From an uncultured Candidatus Rokubacteria bacterium (lineage in GTDB: Bacteria; Methylomirabilota; Methylomirabilia; Rokubacteriales; CSP1-6): DNA of 64,000 nucleotides. Below the pieces are notes generated by a model. That model had not been told where the DNA came from and ran no database searches. It was given only the letters and a program-made list of their open reading frames with translations. Below are positions 23,136 to 32,936 of the stretch, piece after piece (positions within the stretch are counted from its first letter, which is position 1; each line of letters opens with the position of its first letter). The translations under genes were made by a program, and so were the position numbers. Location: assembly GCA_963747235.1 (NCBI GenBank), contig CAVVEU010000029.1, positions 96,001 through 160,000 of the forward strand, written 5' to 3'.

Positions 23136-24176
23136 ATGGCCCCTCTCGGGTTTGGCTGCTGCCACGTGCCCGCGGTCGCCCCGGTCCCTCTCGCAGCCGC
23201 CCGCGGGGCACGGCGCGCGCCGGATGGAGCGCATGGCCGGGTCGGCGGCGGGACGCGCGAGACCGGGCGCGCCGCCGCCAACCCCGGCGTGCAGGGCTAC
23301 TCCCCGCCCCCGCCGCCGGTCAGCCCGATCAAGGGGCTGATCGACTTCCACACCCACGCGGCCCCCGACATCTTCGGCCGCGCGCTGGACGACGACGAGC
23401 TGGCCACGCTGGCCGCCACGCGCCAGATGGAGGCGGTGGTCTTCAAGAATCACGTGACCCACACCGCCGACCGGGCCTTCCTCGTCCGCAAGCACGTGCC
23501 GGGCATCAAGGTGTTCGGCGGCATCACGCTGAACCACGCGGTGGGCGGGCTCAATCCGCAGGCCGTCGAGTGGATGTGGCGGATGCAGGGCGGCTTCGGC
23601 CGCGTGGTCTGGTTCCCCACCTTCGACGCCGATAACCACGTCAAGCGCGCGGGCACCGCGCCGGCCGGGATCCGCGTGCTGGACGAGCGCGGCCAGGTCC
23701 TGCCCGCCGCGCGCGCGGTGCTGAAGATCTGCGCGGCGCAGCGCCTGGTGGTGCAGACCGGCCACGCCTCGCCCGACGAGGCGCTCGCCCTCATCGCGGC
23801 GGCGCGCGAGGAAGGCTGCGAGCGCATCGTGGTCACCCACGCCCAGTTCGACGTGGTGGGCATGAGCCTGGCCCACATGAAGAAGGCGGCCGCCCTCGGC
23901 GCCAAGCTCGAGCTCTGCGCGCTCCTGATGCTGGCGGGCCCGACCTCTCCGCTGGAGTTCATGCACCACACCGCGCGCGTCGAGGTCTCGGACACCGCGG
24001 CGCGCATCAAGGCGGTGGGCGCCCAGCACTTCGTGCTCGGCACCGACCTGGGCCAGGCGGGCAATCCCACCCCGGCCGATGGCCTCCAGATGCTGGTGGC
24101 CGGCCTCATGAAGGAAGGCATCACCCGCGATCAGATCCAGACCATGGGCCGTGAGATTCCCGGCCCGCTCCTCTGA
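23136..24176 (+). CDS. Amidohydrolase-fold (DUF6282-like) protein; 5' end uncertain
   Basis: IDFHTHAAPD, FKNH, GGITLN..VGGLNP, VWFPT, TGH, VTH, LGTDLGQ. A TATCAT -10-like box lies 8 nt before ATG 23136. Confidence 0.7.
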   Translation: MAPLGFGCCHVPAVAPVPLAAARGARRAPDGAHGRVGGGTRETGRAAANPGVQGYSPPPPPVSPIKGLIDFHTHAAPDIFGRALDDDELATLAATRQMEAVVFKNHVTHTADRAFLVRKHVPGIKVFGGITLNHAVGGLNPQAVEWMWRMQGGFGRVVWFPTFDADNHVKRAGTAPAGIRVLDERGQVLPAARAVLKICAAQRLVVQTGHASPDEALALIAAAREEGCERIVVTHAQFDVVGMSLAHMKKAAALGAKLELCALLMLAGPTSPLEFMHHTARVEVSDTAARIKAVGAQHFVLGTDLGQAGNPTPADGLQMLVAGLMKEGITRDQIQTMGREIPGPLL

Positions 24177-24204
24177 TGGGCTGACGGAGACCGCGGGCTG
24201 CGCC

Positions 24205-25485
24205 ATGGCGTTGCGCATCGAGGTGATTTGCACGGGGGACGAGGTGCTGACCGGGCAAGATCGTCAACACCAACTTCAGCTACATCACCCAGAAGCTGGA
24301 GGACGTCGGGCTCTCCGTGCAGTGGGAGACCACGGTCGGCGACGACCGGGAGAACCTGCTGCGCGCCTTCCAGCTCGCGGGCGAGCGCGCCGACGCGGTC
24401 ATCGTCAACGGCGGGCTCGGGCCCACCGTGGACGACCTCTCGCAGGAGATCGCGGCCAAGGCCGCCGGCGTCCCGCTCGCGCTCAACGAGGACTGGCTCA
24501 AGCGCATGGAGGACTTCTTCCAGCGCCGGAGCCGGGTGATGCCGCCCAACAACCGCAAGCAGGCCATGCTGCCCGTCACCTCGGAGGTCATCGACAACCC
24601 GATCGGCACCGCGTGCGGCTTCGCGGTGGACATCGGCCGGGCGCGCTTCTACTTCACGCCCGGCGTGCCGCGCGAGCTGCGCCGCATGCTGGAGGAGCAG
24701 ATCGTCCCGCGCCTGCTCGCCAAGGCCGGCCTGCCCGGGGCCATCTTCCTCAAGCGCTTCCACTCCTACGGCCTCGGCGAATCGCACGTGGACTCGCTGC
24801 TCGCCGGCGTGGAAGACCTCGTGCCGGACGGCAGCGTGAAGCTCGGCTTCCGCGCCCACTACCCGCAGCTCGAGACCAAGCTGACCGCGCGCGGCCGGGA
24901 CATGGACGACATCCGCCGCAAGCTCGAGCCGGTGGAGCGCGAGGTGCGCAAGCGCGTCGGCAACTTCATCCTGGCCGAGGACGACCAGACCCTCGAGGGC
25001 GTCATCCTGAAGGAGCTCCAGGCGCCAGGCGGGCACGCTCTCGCTGGTCGAGACGTTCACGAGCGGGCAGATGGCGTCGCGGCTCGCCCACCTGCCCGGC
25101 GCGGACGCGGTCTTCCGTCGCGGCGTCGATCGCGCGCGCCCTGCCGGAAGTGTGGGCCGCGGTCGGGCTCACGGGCGCCGCGCCGGACGGCCCGCTGACG
25201 CCGCAGATCGCGGAGACGGTGGCGCGCGCGGCGCGCAGCCAGACCGGCGCCACCCACGCCCTCGCGGTGCTGATCGATCTCGACGACGGCCCCGATCGCA
25301 TCGAGTTCGGCGGCACCATCTGCCTCGCGATCGCCACCGAGGGCGACGTGGCCTCGCGCAAGGCGCGCATCCTGGGCGGGCGCGACTGGGTCCGCCTGGG
25401 CGCGGTCGAGATGGGCCTCGACTGCCTGCGCCGCTACCTGCAGAAGCTGCCGGTGTACGAGCGGATCGACTTCGAGAAGGCGTAG
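24205..25485 (+). CDS. CinA-like protein (molybdopterin-binding domain plus divergent CinA C-terminal domain); frameshifts
   Basis: IEVICTGDEVLTG, TTVGDD, VNGGLGPTVDD, NPIGTACG, PGVPRE, GLGES, RLGAVEMGLDCLRRYL. Confidence 0.8.
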   Translation: MALRIEVICTGDEVLTGQDRQHQLQLHHPEAGGRRALRAVGDHGRRRPGEPAARLPARGRARRRGHRQRRARAHRGRPLAGDRGQGRRRPARAQRGLAQAHGGLLPAPEPGDAAQQPQAGHAARHLGGHRQPDRHRVRLRGGHRPGALLLHARRAARAAPHAGGADRPAPARQGRPARGHLPQALPLLRPRRIARGLAARRRGRPRAGRQREARLPRPLPAARDQADRARPGHGRHPPQARAGGARGAQARRQLHPGRGRPDPRGRHPEGAPGARRARSRWSRRSRAGRWRRGSPTCPARTRSSVAASIARALPEVWAAVGLTGAAPDGPLTPQIAETVARAARSQTGATHALAVLIDLDDGPDRIEFGGTICLAIATEGDVASRKARILGGRDWVRLGAVEMGLDCLRRYLQKLPVYERIDFEKA

Positions 25486-25497
25486 GAGGCGTCCCTC

Positions 25498-26333
25498 ATG
25501 AAGACTCCCCAGGAGAAGGCGGCCGCCTTCCGCGCGCTGCACGAGCGGCCCGGCGCGTTCGTGATCCCGAACCCGTGGGACGCGGGCACCGCGCGGCTGC
25601 TCGCCTCCCTGGGCTTCGAGGCGCTCGCCACCACCAGCCTCGGCCTCGCCAACTCGCTCGGGCGCGTGGACGGCACCAACGGGGTGAGCCGCGCCCAGGT
25701 GATCGAGAACTGCCGGGTGATCGCGGCGGCCACCGACCTGCCGGTGAACGCGGATCTGGAGAACGGCTACGCCCACGAGCCGCGCGCCGCCGCCGAGATC
25801 ATCCGGCTCGCCGCGGCCGCCGGCATCTCGGGGGGCTCCATCGAGGACGCCACCGGCGAGCCCGAGAAGCCCATCTACGACTTCGCGCTCGCGGTCGAGC
25901 GGGTGCAGGCCGCGGTCGAGGTGGCGCGCGCCCTGCCCGTCCCGTTCATGCTGACCGCGCGCGCCGAGAACCTCCTGCACGGCCGCCCCGACCTCGACGA
26001 CACGATCCGGCGCCTGCAGGCCTTCGAGCAGGCGGGCGCCGACGTGCTCTACGCGCCCGGCGTCCGGGACCTCGCCACGATCCAGACCGTGGTGTCGGCG
26101 GTGGGCAAGCCGGTCAACGTGGTGATGAGCGCGGCGGATCCGGATCTCACCGTGGCCCAGCTCGCCGGGGTCGGGGTGAAGCGCATCAGCGTGGGCGGCG
26201 CGCTCTCCCGCCTGGCCCTCGCCGCGTTCATGAAGGGCGCCCGCGAGATGGCGGAGCGCGGCGGGCTTCACCTGGATGCGCGACACCGTGCCGAGCAAGG
26301 ACCTCAAGGACGTCTTCCGGCAGGTGGCCGTAG
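25498..26333 (+). CDS. Isocitrate lyase/PEP mutase family protein (frameshift near the 3' end)
   Basis: FVIPNPWDAGTARLL, ALATTS, PVNADLENGY, GGSIED, TARAEN, AGADVLYAPG, KRISVGG; SD AGGAGG. Confidence 0.88.
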
Positions 26334-26344
26334 GCCCGTCCTCG

Positions 26345-29032
26345 ATGCGGCTGCGCAGTCATCTGGTTGCCCTCGTCCTGGCCGCGCTGGTGCCGGTGCT
26401 GGGGTTCGCCGCGCTCGTGATGCGGGAGAACGCGCGGCTGCAGCTCGCGGCCACCGAGCGCGGCATGCGCGACACCGCCTTCGCGGTCGCGCGCACGGTG
26501 GACAAGGAGCTCGAGACCGCCATCACCGCGCTCGAGGCCATCGCCCAGTCCGAGCACCTCGACACCGTGAACCTGCCGCCCTTCTACGAGCTCTGCAACC
26601 GGGTGACCCGCTCGCAGGGATGGGTGAACATCCTCCTGTTCGAGGCCGACGGGCGCGCCCTCATGCAGACGTCCGGGCCGATGGGGACATCGCGGCCGCC
26701 CACCCGGCGGCCCGAGCTCTTCGCCGAGCTCCGCGAGCAGCGCCGGCCCGCCGTCTCCAACCTCTTCGACGGATCGAGCGAGCGGAACATCGTGGCGGTC
26801 TACGTCCCGGTGGTGCGCGACAACGCGGTGCGCTTCGTCCTGACCGTCGGGCTGCGCGCCGGCACCTTCGGCGAGCTCCTCCGCTCCCAGAAGTTCGCCC
26901 CCGACACGATCGCGGTGCTGCAGGACCGCGAGGCCACCATCATCGCCCGCACCCAGGGCGAAGCCGAGCTGGTCGGCCGGAAAGTCCAGAACACCGCGCC
27001 GGGGCGCGAGGGCTGGGTGAAGAGCCGGATCCTCGAGGGGACCGAGGTCTACGCCGCCTATGCCACCGCGCCGCTCTCCGGCTGGCGCGTCGTGCTCACG
27101 TCCCCGGTCGCGGCGGTGGAAGCGCCGCTCCGCCGTGGAGCCTGGCAGCTCATGCTGGGGGCCGCGGTCGCCTCGGCGCTGGCCGCGGGCCTCGCGTTCG
27201 TCTTCGGCCGTCGCATCGCGGACGCGGTCGGCGGCCTCGTGCGCATCGCCCGCGCGGTCGAGCGCGGCGAGCCCGCGGAGCCGCTGCGGAGCGGCGTGAC
27301 CGAGGTGAACGAGGTGGCCGACCAGCTTGCCACCGCGGCGGAGCTGGCCCGCAGCCGTGAACACGACACCACGCTGCGGGAACGGCAGGCCCGGGCGATC
27401 GCCGACGTCGCGCACGCCCTCGCCGCCTCGCCGGACCTGGACACGGTGCTCCGCACCGCGGTGAACGCGGTGCGCGGCCTCGTCCGCGCGGACAGCGCCC
27501 GGATCGCGCTGGTGGACGAGGCCGAGCGCCTCATCGTGCGGTACTCCACCGTCGTCTCCTCCCTGATGCCGCAGGGCTTCGAGATCACGAAGGGCCAGGG
27601 CGTGGGCGGCCTCGCCTGGTCCACCGGCCGGCCGATGCGCACCGACGACTTCGCCCGCGATCCCCGCTTCCAGGACAGCCCCTACCTGCCGATCGCCCAC
27701 GGCGACGGCATCGTGTCCTGCATGACGGTGCCGATCATCTCCTCGGGAGTGGTGGTGGGCGTGATGTACGCCAACAACTTCACGCGCCGGCCGTTCACGG
27801 ATGAGGAGCAGGCCGCGCTCGTCACCCTCGCCGACCACGCGGCGGTGGCGGTGGAGAAGGCGCGGCTCCTCGCCGCCGAGCACGCCGCGCGCGCGGAGGC
27901 GGAGTCGGCCAGCCGGGGCAAGGACGAGCTGCTCGCGATGCTCGGCCACGAGCTGCGCAATCCGCTCTCCGCGATCGCCACCGCCATCCACGTGCTCGAG
28001 ACGGGGGAGCGCTCCGAGGAGCTGACCCGCCGCGCCCACGAGATCATCGCCCGGCAGAACGCGCACCTGGCCCACCTGGTGGACGATCTTCTCGACGTGG
28101 CCCGCGTGACCTCGGGCAAGATCGCCCTGGTGCGCCGGCCGCTCGAGCTCGGCCAGGCGGTGCGCCACAGCCTGGCCGCCCTGGCCGCGAGCGGCAAGAC
28201 CGAGCGGCACCGGGTCGCCATGGACCTGGAGCCGGTCTGGGCCGACGTGGACGAGACGCGCTTCGAGCAGATCGTCAACAACCTCGTCGGCAACGCGCTC
28301 CGCTTCACGCCCGCCGCCGGCCGCATCGAGATCAGCCTGCGCGGCGAGGACGGCGGCGCGGTCCTGCGCGTGCGGGACACCGGGGTGGGGATCGCGCCGG
28401 AGATGCTCTCCCGCGTCTTCGATCTCTTCGCCCAGGGCGAGCGCGGGCCGGACCGCGGCGCGGGCGGCCTGGGCCTCGGCCTCACCCTGGTCCGCCGCAT
28501 CACCGAGCTGCACGGCGGCCGCGTGGACGCGGCGAGCGCGGGCGCGGGACACGGCAGCACGTTCACGGTGCGCCTGCCCGCGCTCGCCGCGCCGCCCGCC
28601 CCCGCGCCCCGGGTGGCGGCGACGGCCCCGTCGAACGGCACCGCGCGCCGCATTCTCGTCGTGGAGGACAATACGGACGCGCGCGAGATGCTGCGCCACC
28701 TGCTGAACCTGGCCGGTCACGAGGTCCACGAGGCCGGGGACGGGCCCGGCGGGCTCGAAGCCGCGCTGCGCCTCCGCCCCGACATCGCCCTGGTGGATGT
28801 GGGGTTACCCGGCTTCGACGGCTATCAGCTCGCCCGGCGCGTGCGCGGGACCCCCGGCGCGTCCGTCTATCTGGTCGCCCTCACCGGCTACGGGCAGCCC
28901 GACGACCGTCGCCAGGCCATGGAAGCGGGCTTCGACGCGCACCTGGTCAAGCCGGTGAATCCGGATGCCCTGCTGGCCGCCATCCAGATGGCCGCGCAGA
29001 CGGCGGGGCACACCGCCACGGGAGACGCCTGA
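26345..29032 (+). CDS. Membrane hybrid sensor histidine kinase (Cache-HAMP-GAF-HisKA-HATPase-REC)
   Basis: Two TM segments; GAF (GQGVGG...DPRF...MTVPII); H-box GHELRNPL; NLVGNA, DTGVGI, GLGLGL; receiver VEDN...VDVGLPG...LTGYG...KPV. Confidence 0.92.
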   Translation: MRLRSHLVALVLAALVPVLGFAALVMRENARLQLAATERGMRDTAFAVARTVDKELETAITALEAIAQSEHLDTVNLPPFYELCNRVTRSQGWVNILLFEADGRALMQTSGPMGTSRPPTRRPELFAELREQRRPAVSNLFDGSSERNIVAVYVPVVRDNAVRFVLTVGLRAGTFGELLRSQKFAPDTIAVLQDREATIIARTQGEAELVGRKVQNTAPGREGWVKSRILEGTEVYAAYATAPLSGWRVVLTSPVAAVEAPLRRGAWQLMLGAAVASALAAGLAFVFGRRIADAVGGLVRIARAVERGEPAEPLRSGVTEVNEVADQLATAAELARSREHDTTLRERQARAIADVAHALAASPDLDTVLRTAVNAVRGLVRADSARIALVDEAERLIVRYSTVVSSLMPQGFEITKGQGVGGLAWSTGRPMRTDDFARDPRFQDSPYLPIAHGDGIVSCMTVPIISSGVVVGVMYANNFTRRPFTDEEQAALVTLADHAAVAVEKARLLAAEHAARAEAESASRGKDELLAMLGHELRNPLSAIATAIHVLETGERSEELTRRAHEIIARQNAHLAHLVDDLLDVARVTSGKIALVRRPLELGQAVRHSLAALAASGKTERHRVAMDLEPVWADVDETRFEQIVNNLVGNALRFTPAAGRIEISLRGEDGGAVLRVRDTGVGIAPEMLSRVFDLFAQGERGPDRGAGGLGLGLTLVRRITELHGGRVDAASAGAGHGSTFTVRLPALAAPPAPAPRVAATAPSNGTARRILVVEDNTDAREMLRHLLNLAGHEVHEAGDGPGGLEAALRLRPDIALVDVGLPGFDGYQLARRVRGTPGASVYLVALTGYGQPDDRRQAMEAGFDAHLVKPVNPDALLAAIQMAAQTAGHTATGDA

Positions 29033-29033
29033 C

Positions 29034-29900
29034 ATGCCGATCACGGTGACGCGCCTCAGCCCCTCCTTCGCCGCGCGCGTCGACGGCGCCGACATCAGCC
29101 GCCCGCTCGACGAGGCCACCTGGACCGCAATTCGCGCCGCGTTCGACGAGCACTCGGTGCTGCTCTTCCGCGGCGCCGGGCTCGACGACGAGACGCAGGT
29201 CGCCTTCAGCCGGCGCTTCGGCGCGCTCGAGGTCACCCGCAGCATGAACCCGGCCGCGGGCACCCCGTTCGCGCGCCAGTCGAACCTCGACATCAAGACC
29301 GGCCAGGTCATCCCCGCCGAGGACCGGCGGATGGTCTATCAGCTCGCGAACATGCTCTGGCACAGCGACAGCTCCTTCAAGCCGGTGCCCTCGCTCTGCT
29401 CGCTCCTCACCGGACGCATCGTGCCGCCCGAGGGCGGCGCCACCGAGTTCGCGAGCGCGCGCGCCGCCTACCCCTCGCTGCCGGAGGCGCTCCGGCGCCG
29501 CGCGGAGCACGCGGTCGTGGTCCACGATTTCTCCTGGTCGCGCGACCAGGTCCGGCCCGGCTTCTTCACCGCCGAGGAGCGCGCGGTGTACCCGCCGGTG
29601 CGCCATCGCCTCGTGCGCGCCAATCCGGCGAACGGGCGCCGCGCCCTGTTCCTGGGCGCGCACGCCTCCCACGTGGAGGGCCTGCCGGTGGACGAGGGCC
29701 GCGCGCTGCTGCGGACCCTGCTCGATCACGTGACCCAGCCCGAGTTCACGTACCGGCACGAGTGGCAGGCGGGCGATCTCGTGATCTGGGACAACCGCTG
29801 CGTCCTCCATCGCGCCACCCCGTTCGACACCGCCCGCCACCAGCGCCTCATGCAGCGGACCACCATCGCGGGCGATCCCGCGGAGCCGGTGGCGCGATGA
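29034..29900 (+). CDS. TauD/TfdA family Fe(II)/2-oxoglutarate dioxygenase (TfdA/SdpA-like)
   Basis: NMLWHSDSSF (HxD), PPEGGATEF, IWDNRCVLHRA, RTT. Confidence 0.9.
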   Translation: MPITVTRLSPSFAARVDGADISRPLDEATWTAIRAAFDEHSVLLFRGAGLDDETQVAFSRRFGALEVTRSMNPAAGTPFARQSNLDIKTGQVIPAEDRRMVYQLANMLWHSDSSFKPVPSLCSLLTGRIVPPEGGATEFASARAAYPSLPEALRRRAEHAVVVHDFSWSRDQVRPGFFTAEERAVYPPVRHRLVRANPANGRRALFLGAHASHVEGLPVDEGRALLRTLLDHVTQPEFTYRHEWQAGDLVIWDNRCVLHRATPFDTARHQRLMQRTTIAGDPAEPVAR

Positions 29901-30875
29901 AGCAGGTCCTGCTCGAGCGCTACGGGGCCCCCGCCGAGGCGGTCCGCTGCGTGGAGGTCCCGGACGTCGGCGCGCCCGCGGCGGGCGAGGTCGTCTTCGA
30001 CGTGCTCGCCTTCCCGATCAATCCCGCCGATCTCTCCATGTGCCGCGGGACGTATCGCTTGCGGCCCACCCTGCCGGCCGGCATCGGCGCCGAGTGCGTC
30101 GGGCGCGTGGCCGCGGTCGGCGCCGGCGTCACCCACGTCGAGCCGGGCGATCGCGTGATCAACCTGCAGCGCGAGAACTGGACGCAGCGGCGCCGCGTGA
30201 AGGGCGACGACGTGATCCCGGTGCCCGCGGGCCTGGACGATCTCCAGGCCGCCATGCTCCGCATCAACCCGCCCACCGCGCTGCTGCTGCTCACCGACAT
30301 CGTCGCGCTGCAGGCCGGGCGACTGGATCATCCAGAACGTGGCCAACTCGGCGGTCGGCCGCTTCGTGATCCGGCTGGCGCGGGCGCGCGGCATCCGGAC
30401 CGTGAACGTGGTGCGGCGCGAGTCGCTGTTCGGCGAGCTGACCGCGCTGGGCGCGGACGTCTGCGTGGTCGACGGCCCGGAGCTGGCCGACGTCGTGAAG
30501 GCGCGGACCGGCGGCGCGTCCATCCGCCTCGGCCTCGACGCGGTGTCGGGCCGCGCCACCGCGCGGATCTCGGCCTGCCTCGGCGAGGGCGGCGTGGTCT
30601 GCAACTACGGCTCGATGAGCGGCGAGGATCCGGTGATGCCGCGCGGCAAGCTGGTCGGCGACGGGCAGACCCTGGTCGGCTTCATCCTCGGGCGCGCGCT
30701 CGCCACCCGCTCGCTGGCCGAGATCCGGGCGATCTACGCGGAGCTCGGCGAGCAGGTCCGGCAGGGCCTCCTCACCGCCCCGGTCGAGAAGGTCTACACG
30801 ATCGACGAGATCAGGGCCGCGGTGGCGCACGCCGAGCACGGCGAGCGCGCCGGCAAGATCCTGGTCGCCCCGTAG
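29897..30875 (+). CDS. MDR-superfamily trans-2-enoyl-thioester reductase-like (MECR/Etr1-like) protein; frameshift ~30315
   Basis: FPINPADL, GAECVG, AAMLRINPPTA, IIQNVANSAVG, TVNVVRR, NYGSMSG. Confidence 0.82.
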
Positions 30876-30877
30876 GG

Positions 30878-31719
30878 TCAGCCGCGCATCGCGGCCGCGT
30901 AGGCGTCGAGCCGCGGCAGCACCGTCGTCGCGGGGCCCGCGCGGCAGGCCGAAGATGGCGCGCTGCACCCCCGCCGCCGCGAGCGCGTCGAGCGACTCCC
31001 GCTTGGGCGGCGCGAAGAAGATGGAGACCGGCACCGACTTCGGATCGCGGCCCGCCGCCTTCAGCCGCTCGCGCAGCGCGGGGATCTTCTCCACCGGGTT
31101 GGCGTGCGGGCGCAGGATCGGCATCCAGCCGTCGCCGAACTCCACCACGCGGTCGAAGGTGCTGCTCCCCATCGCCGCCGATGATGATCGGCGGGTGCGG
31201 CTTCTGCAGCGGCTTGGGATCGGACCAGATCTTCTCGAAACGGACGAACTCGCCCTGGTAGCTCGCCTCGCGCTCCGTCCAGATCTTCTTCATCGCGAGC
31301 ACCCGCTCGCGCAGCAGCCGCCAGCGGCTCTTCCACGCGGTGCCGTGGTTCTCCATCTCCTCGGCGTTCCAGCCGCCGCCGATGCCGAAGAGCACGCGGC
31401 CGCCCGAGAGCCGGTCGAGCGTGGCCACCTCCTTGGCGGTGACGATCGGATCGCGCTCGATCACGAGGCAGATGCCGGTGCCGAGCTTGAGGCGCTTCGT
31501 CGCGCCGGCCGCCGCCATCAGCGCGACGAACGGATCGTAGGCCGACCAGTAGTCGCGCGGCAGCTCGCCCCCGCCCGGCCACGGGCTCTTGCGGCTCGCC
31601 GGGATGTGCGTGTGCTCGGGAAACCACACCGATTCGAAGCCGCGCTCCTCGAGGGCGCGCGCCAGCTCGTCCGGGGCGATCGAGTACTCGGTGGGGAACA
31701 TGACGACGCCGTAGTCCAT
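30878..31719 (-). CDS. LLM-class probable F420-dependent oxidoreductase (Rv2161c-like); frameshifts
   Basis: GFESVWFPEHTHIP, DPFVAL, RDPIVTAKEVATLDRLSGGR, GGGWNAEEM, PKPLQKPHPPI. Confidence 0.85.
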
Positions 31720-31811
31720 GAGAAGCCCTCCTTCTCGTGCGTTGGCGATCAGCCTGGCGATTGGGCTGGGGGTTCGCGGGGGATTGTACTACCCTGTGCG
31801 GCGGACCGGCC

Positions 31812-32909
31812 ATGACCTCTCCTCGGCACGTCATCGTCTGCGGCGCCGGCGTGATGGGCGCCGCGGTGGCCTACTACCTGGCCCGGCGCGGCGTCGCGGT
31901 CACGGTGGTGGAGCGCTCCGGCGTGGCCTGCGCGGCCTCCGGCAAGTCCGGCGGGTTCCTCGCGCTCGACTGGTGCGACAACACGGAGGTGGGCCCGCTC
32001 GCCCGGCTGAGCTTCGCGCTGCACGCGGAGCTGGCGCGCGAGATCCCCACCGACTACGGCTATCGCCGGATGGACACCTACATGCTGGCCGCGCGGGAGA
32101 AGGGCGCGGTGGCGGGCGGGCACCGGATTCCCGCGCCGCGCTGGATCGATGGCCCCGCCGTCGTGGCGGGCGCGCTCGGCTCGACCGAGACGACGGCCCA
32201 GGTCCACCCCGCGCGCTTCACCACCGCGCTGATCGACGCGGCCCGTGAGCGCGGGGCCGAGCTCCGCAAGGGCGTCGTCCAGGCCGTGACCACGCGCGGC
32301 CGCGCGGTGAGCGGCGTCACGGTGGACGGCGAGACGCTCGAGGCCGACGCGGTCGTCCTCGCGATGGGCCCGTGGACGGGGCGCGTGAAGGGCCTCGCCC
32401 TGCCGGCGATCCACGGGCTCAAGGGCTACAGCGTGACGCTCACCGCCGCCGACGTGCCCGCGCACGCGCTCTTCATGGACTACCGCCTGGCCGACGGCCG
32501 CGCGCTCGAGCCCGAGATCATCCCGCGCCCCGACGGCACCGTCTACGTGTGCGGGATGGCCGATCGCCAGCCGCTGCCGGAGTCCGCGGAGGGCGTGGAG
32601 GTGAGCGACGCCGGCTGCGCCACGCTGGCCCGCGCGGCCGGGCGAGTGTCCGCCGCGCTGGCCGCCGCGCCCATCGAGCGCCGCCAGGCCTGCTACCGCC
32701 CGATCGCGGAGGACGGCATCCCGCTGATCGGCCGCGTCGGCGGCGCGGCGGGCGCGTACGTGGCGACCGGCCACGGGCCGTGGGGCATGCTGAACGCGCC
32801 CGGCACCGGCCTGGCGCTGGCCGAGCTCATCACGGACGGCCGCGCCACGTCGCTCGATCTCGAGGCCTTCGACCCCGCCCGGCTGCCCGCCGGGCCGGTG
32901 TACCATTAG
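31812..32909 (+). CDS. FAD-dependent oxidoreductase, DAO family (Tda3-like subfamily)
   Basis: ICGAGVMG, ACAASGKSGGFLALDW, TTAQVHP, AMGPW, QACYRP, ATGHGPWGMLNAPGTG. Confidence 0.85.
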   Translation: MTSPRHVIVCGAGVMGAAVAYYLARRGVAVTVVERSGVACAASGKSGGFLALDWCDNTEVGPLARLSFALHAELAREIPTDYGYRRMDTYMLAAREKGAVAGGHRIPAPRWIDGPAVVAGALGSTETTAQVHPARFTTALIDAARERGAELRKGVVQAVTTRGRAVSGVTVDGETLEADAVVLAMGPWTGRVKGLALPAIHGLKGYSVTLTAADVPAHALFMDYRLADGRALEPEIIPRPDGTVYVCGMADRQPLPESAEGVEVSDAGCATLARAAGRVSAALAAAPIERRQACYRPIAEDGIPLIGRVGGAAGAYVATGHGPWGMLNAPGTGLALAELITDGRATSLDLEAFDPARLPAGPVYH

Positions 32910-32936
32910 CCGACCGAACGGACCGGAGGTGTCACG

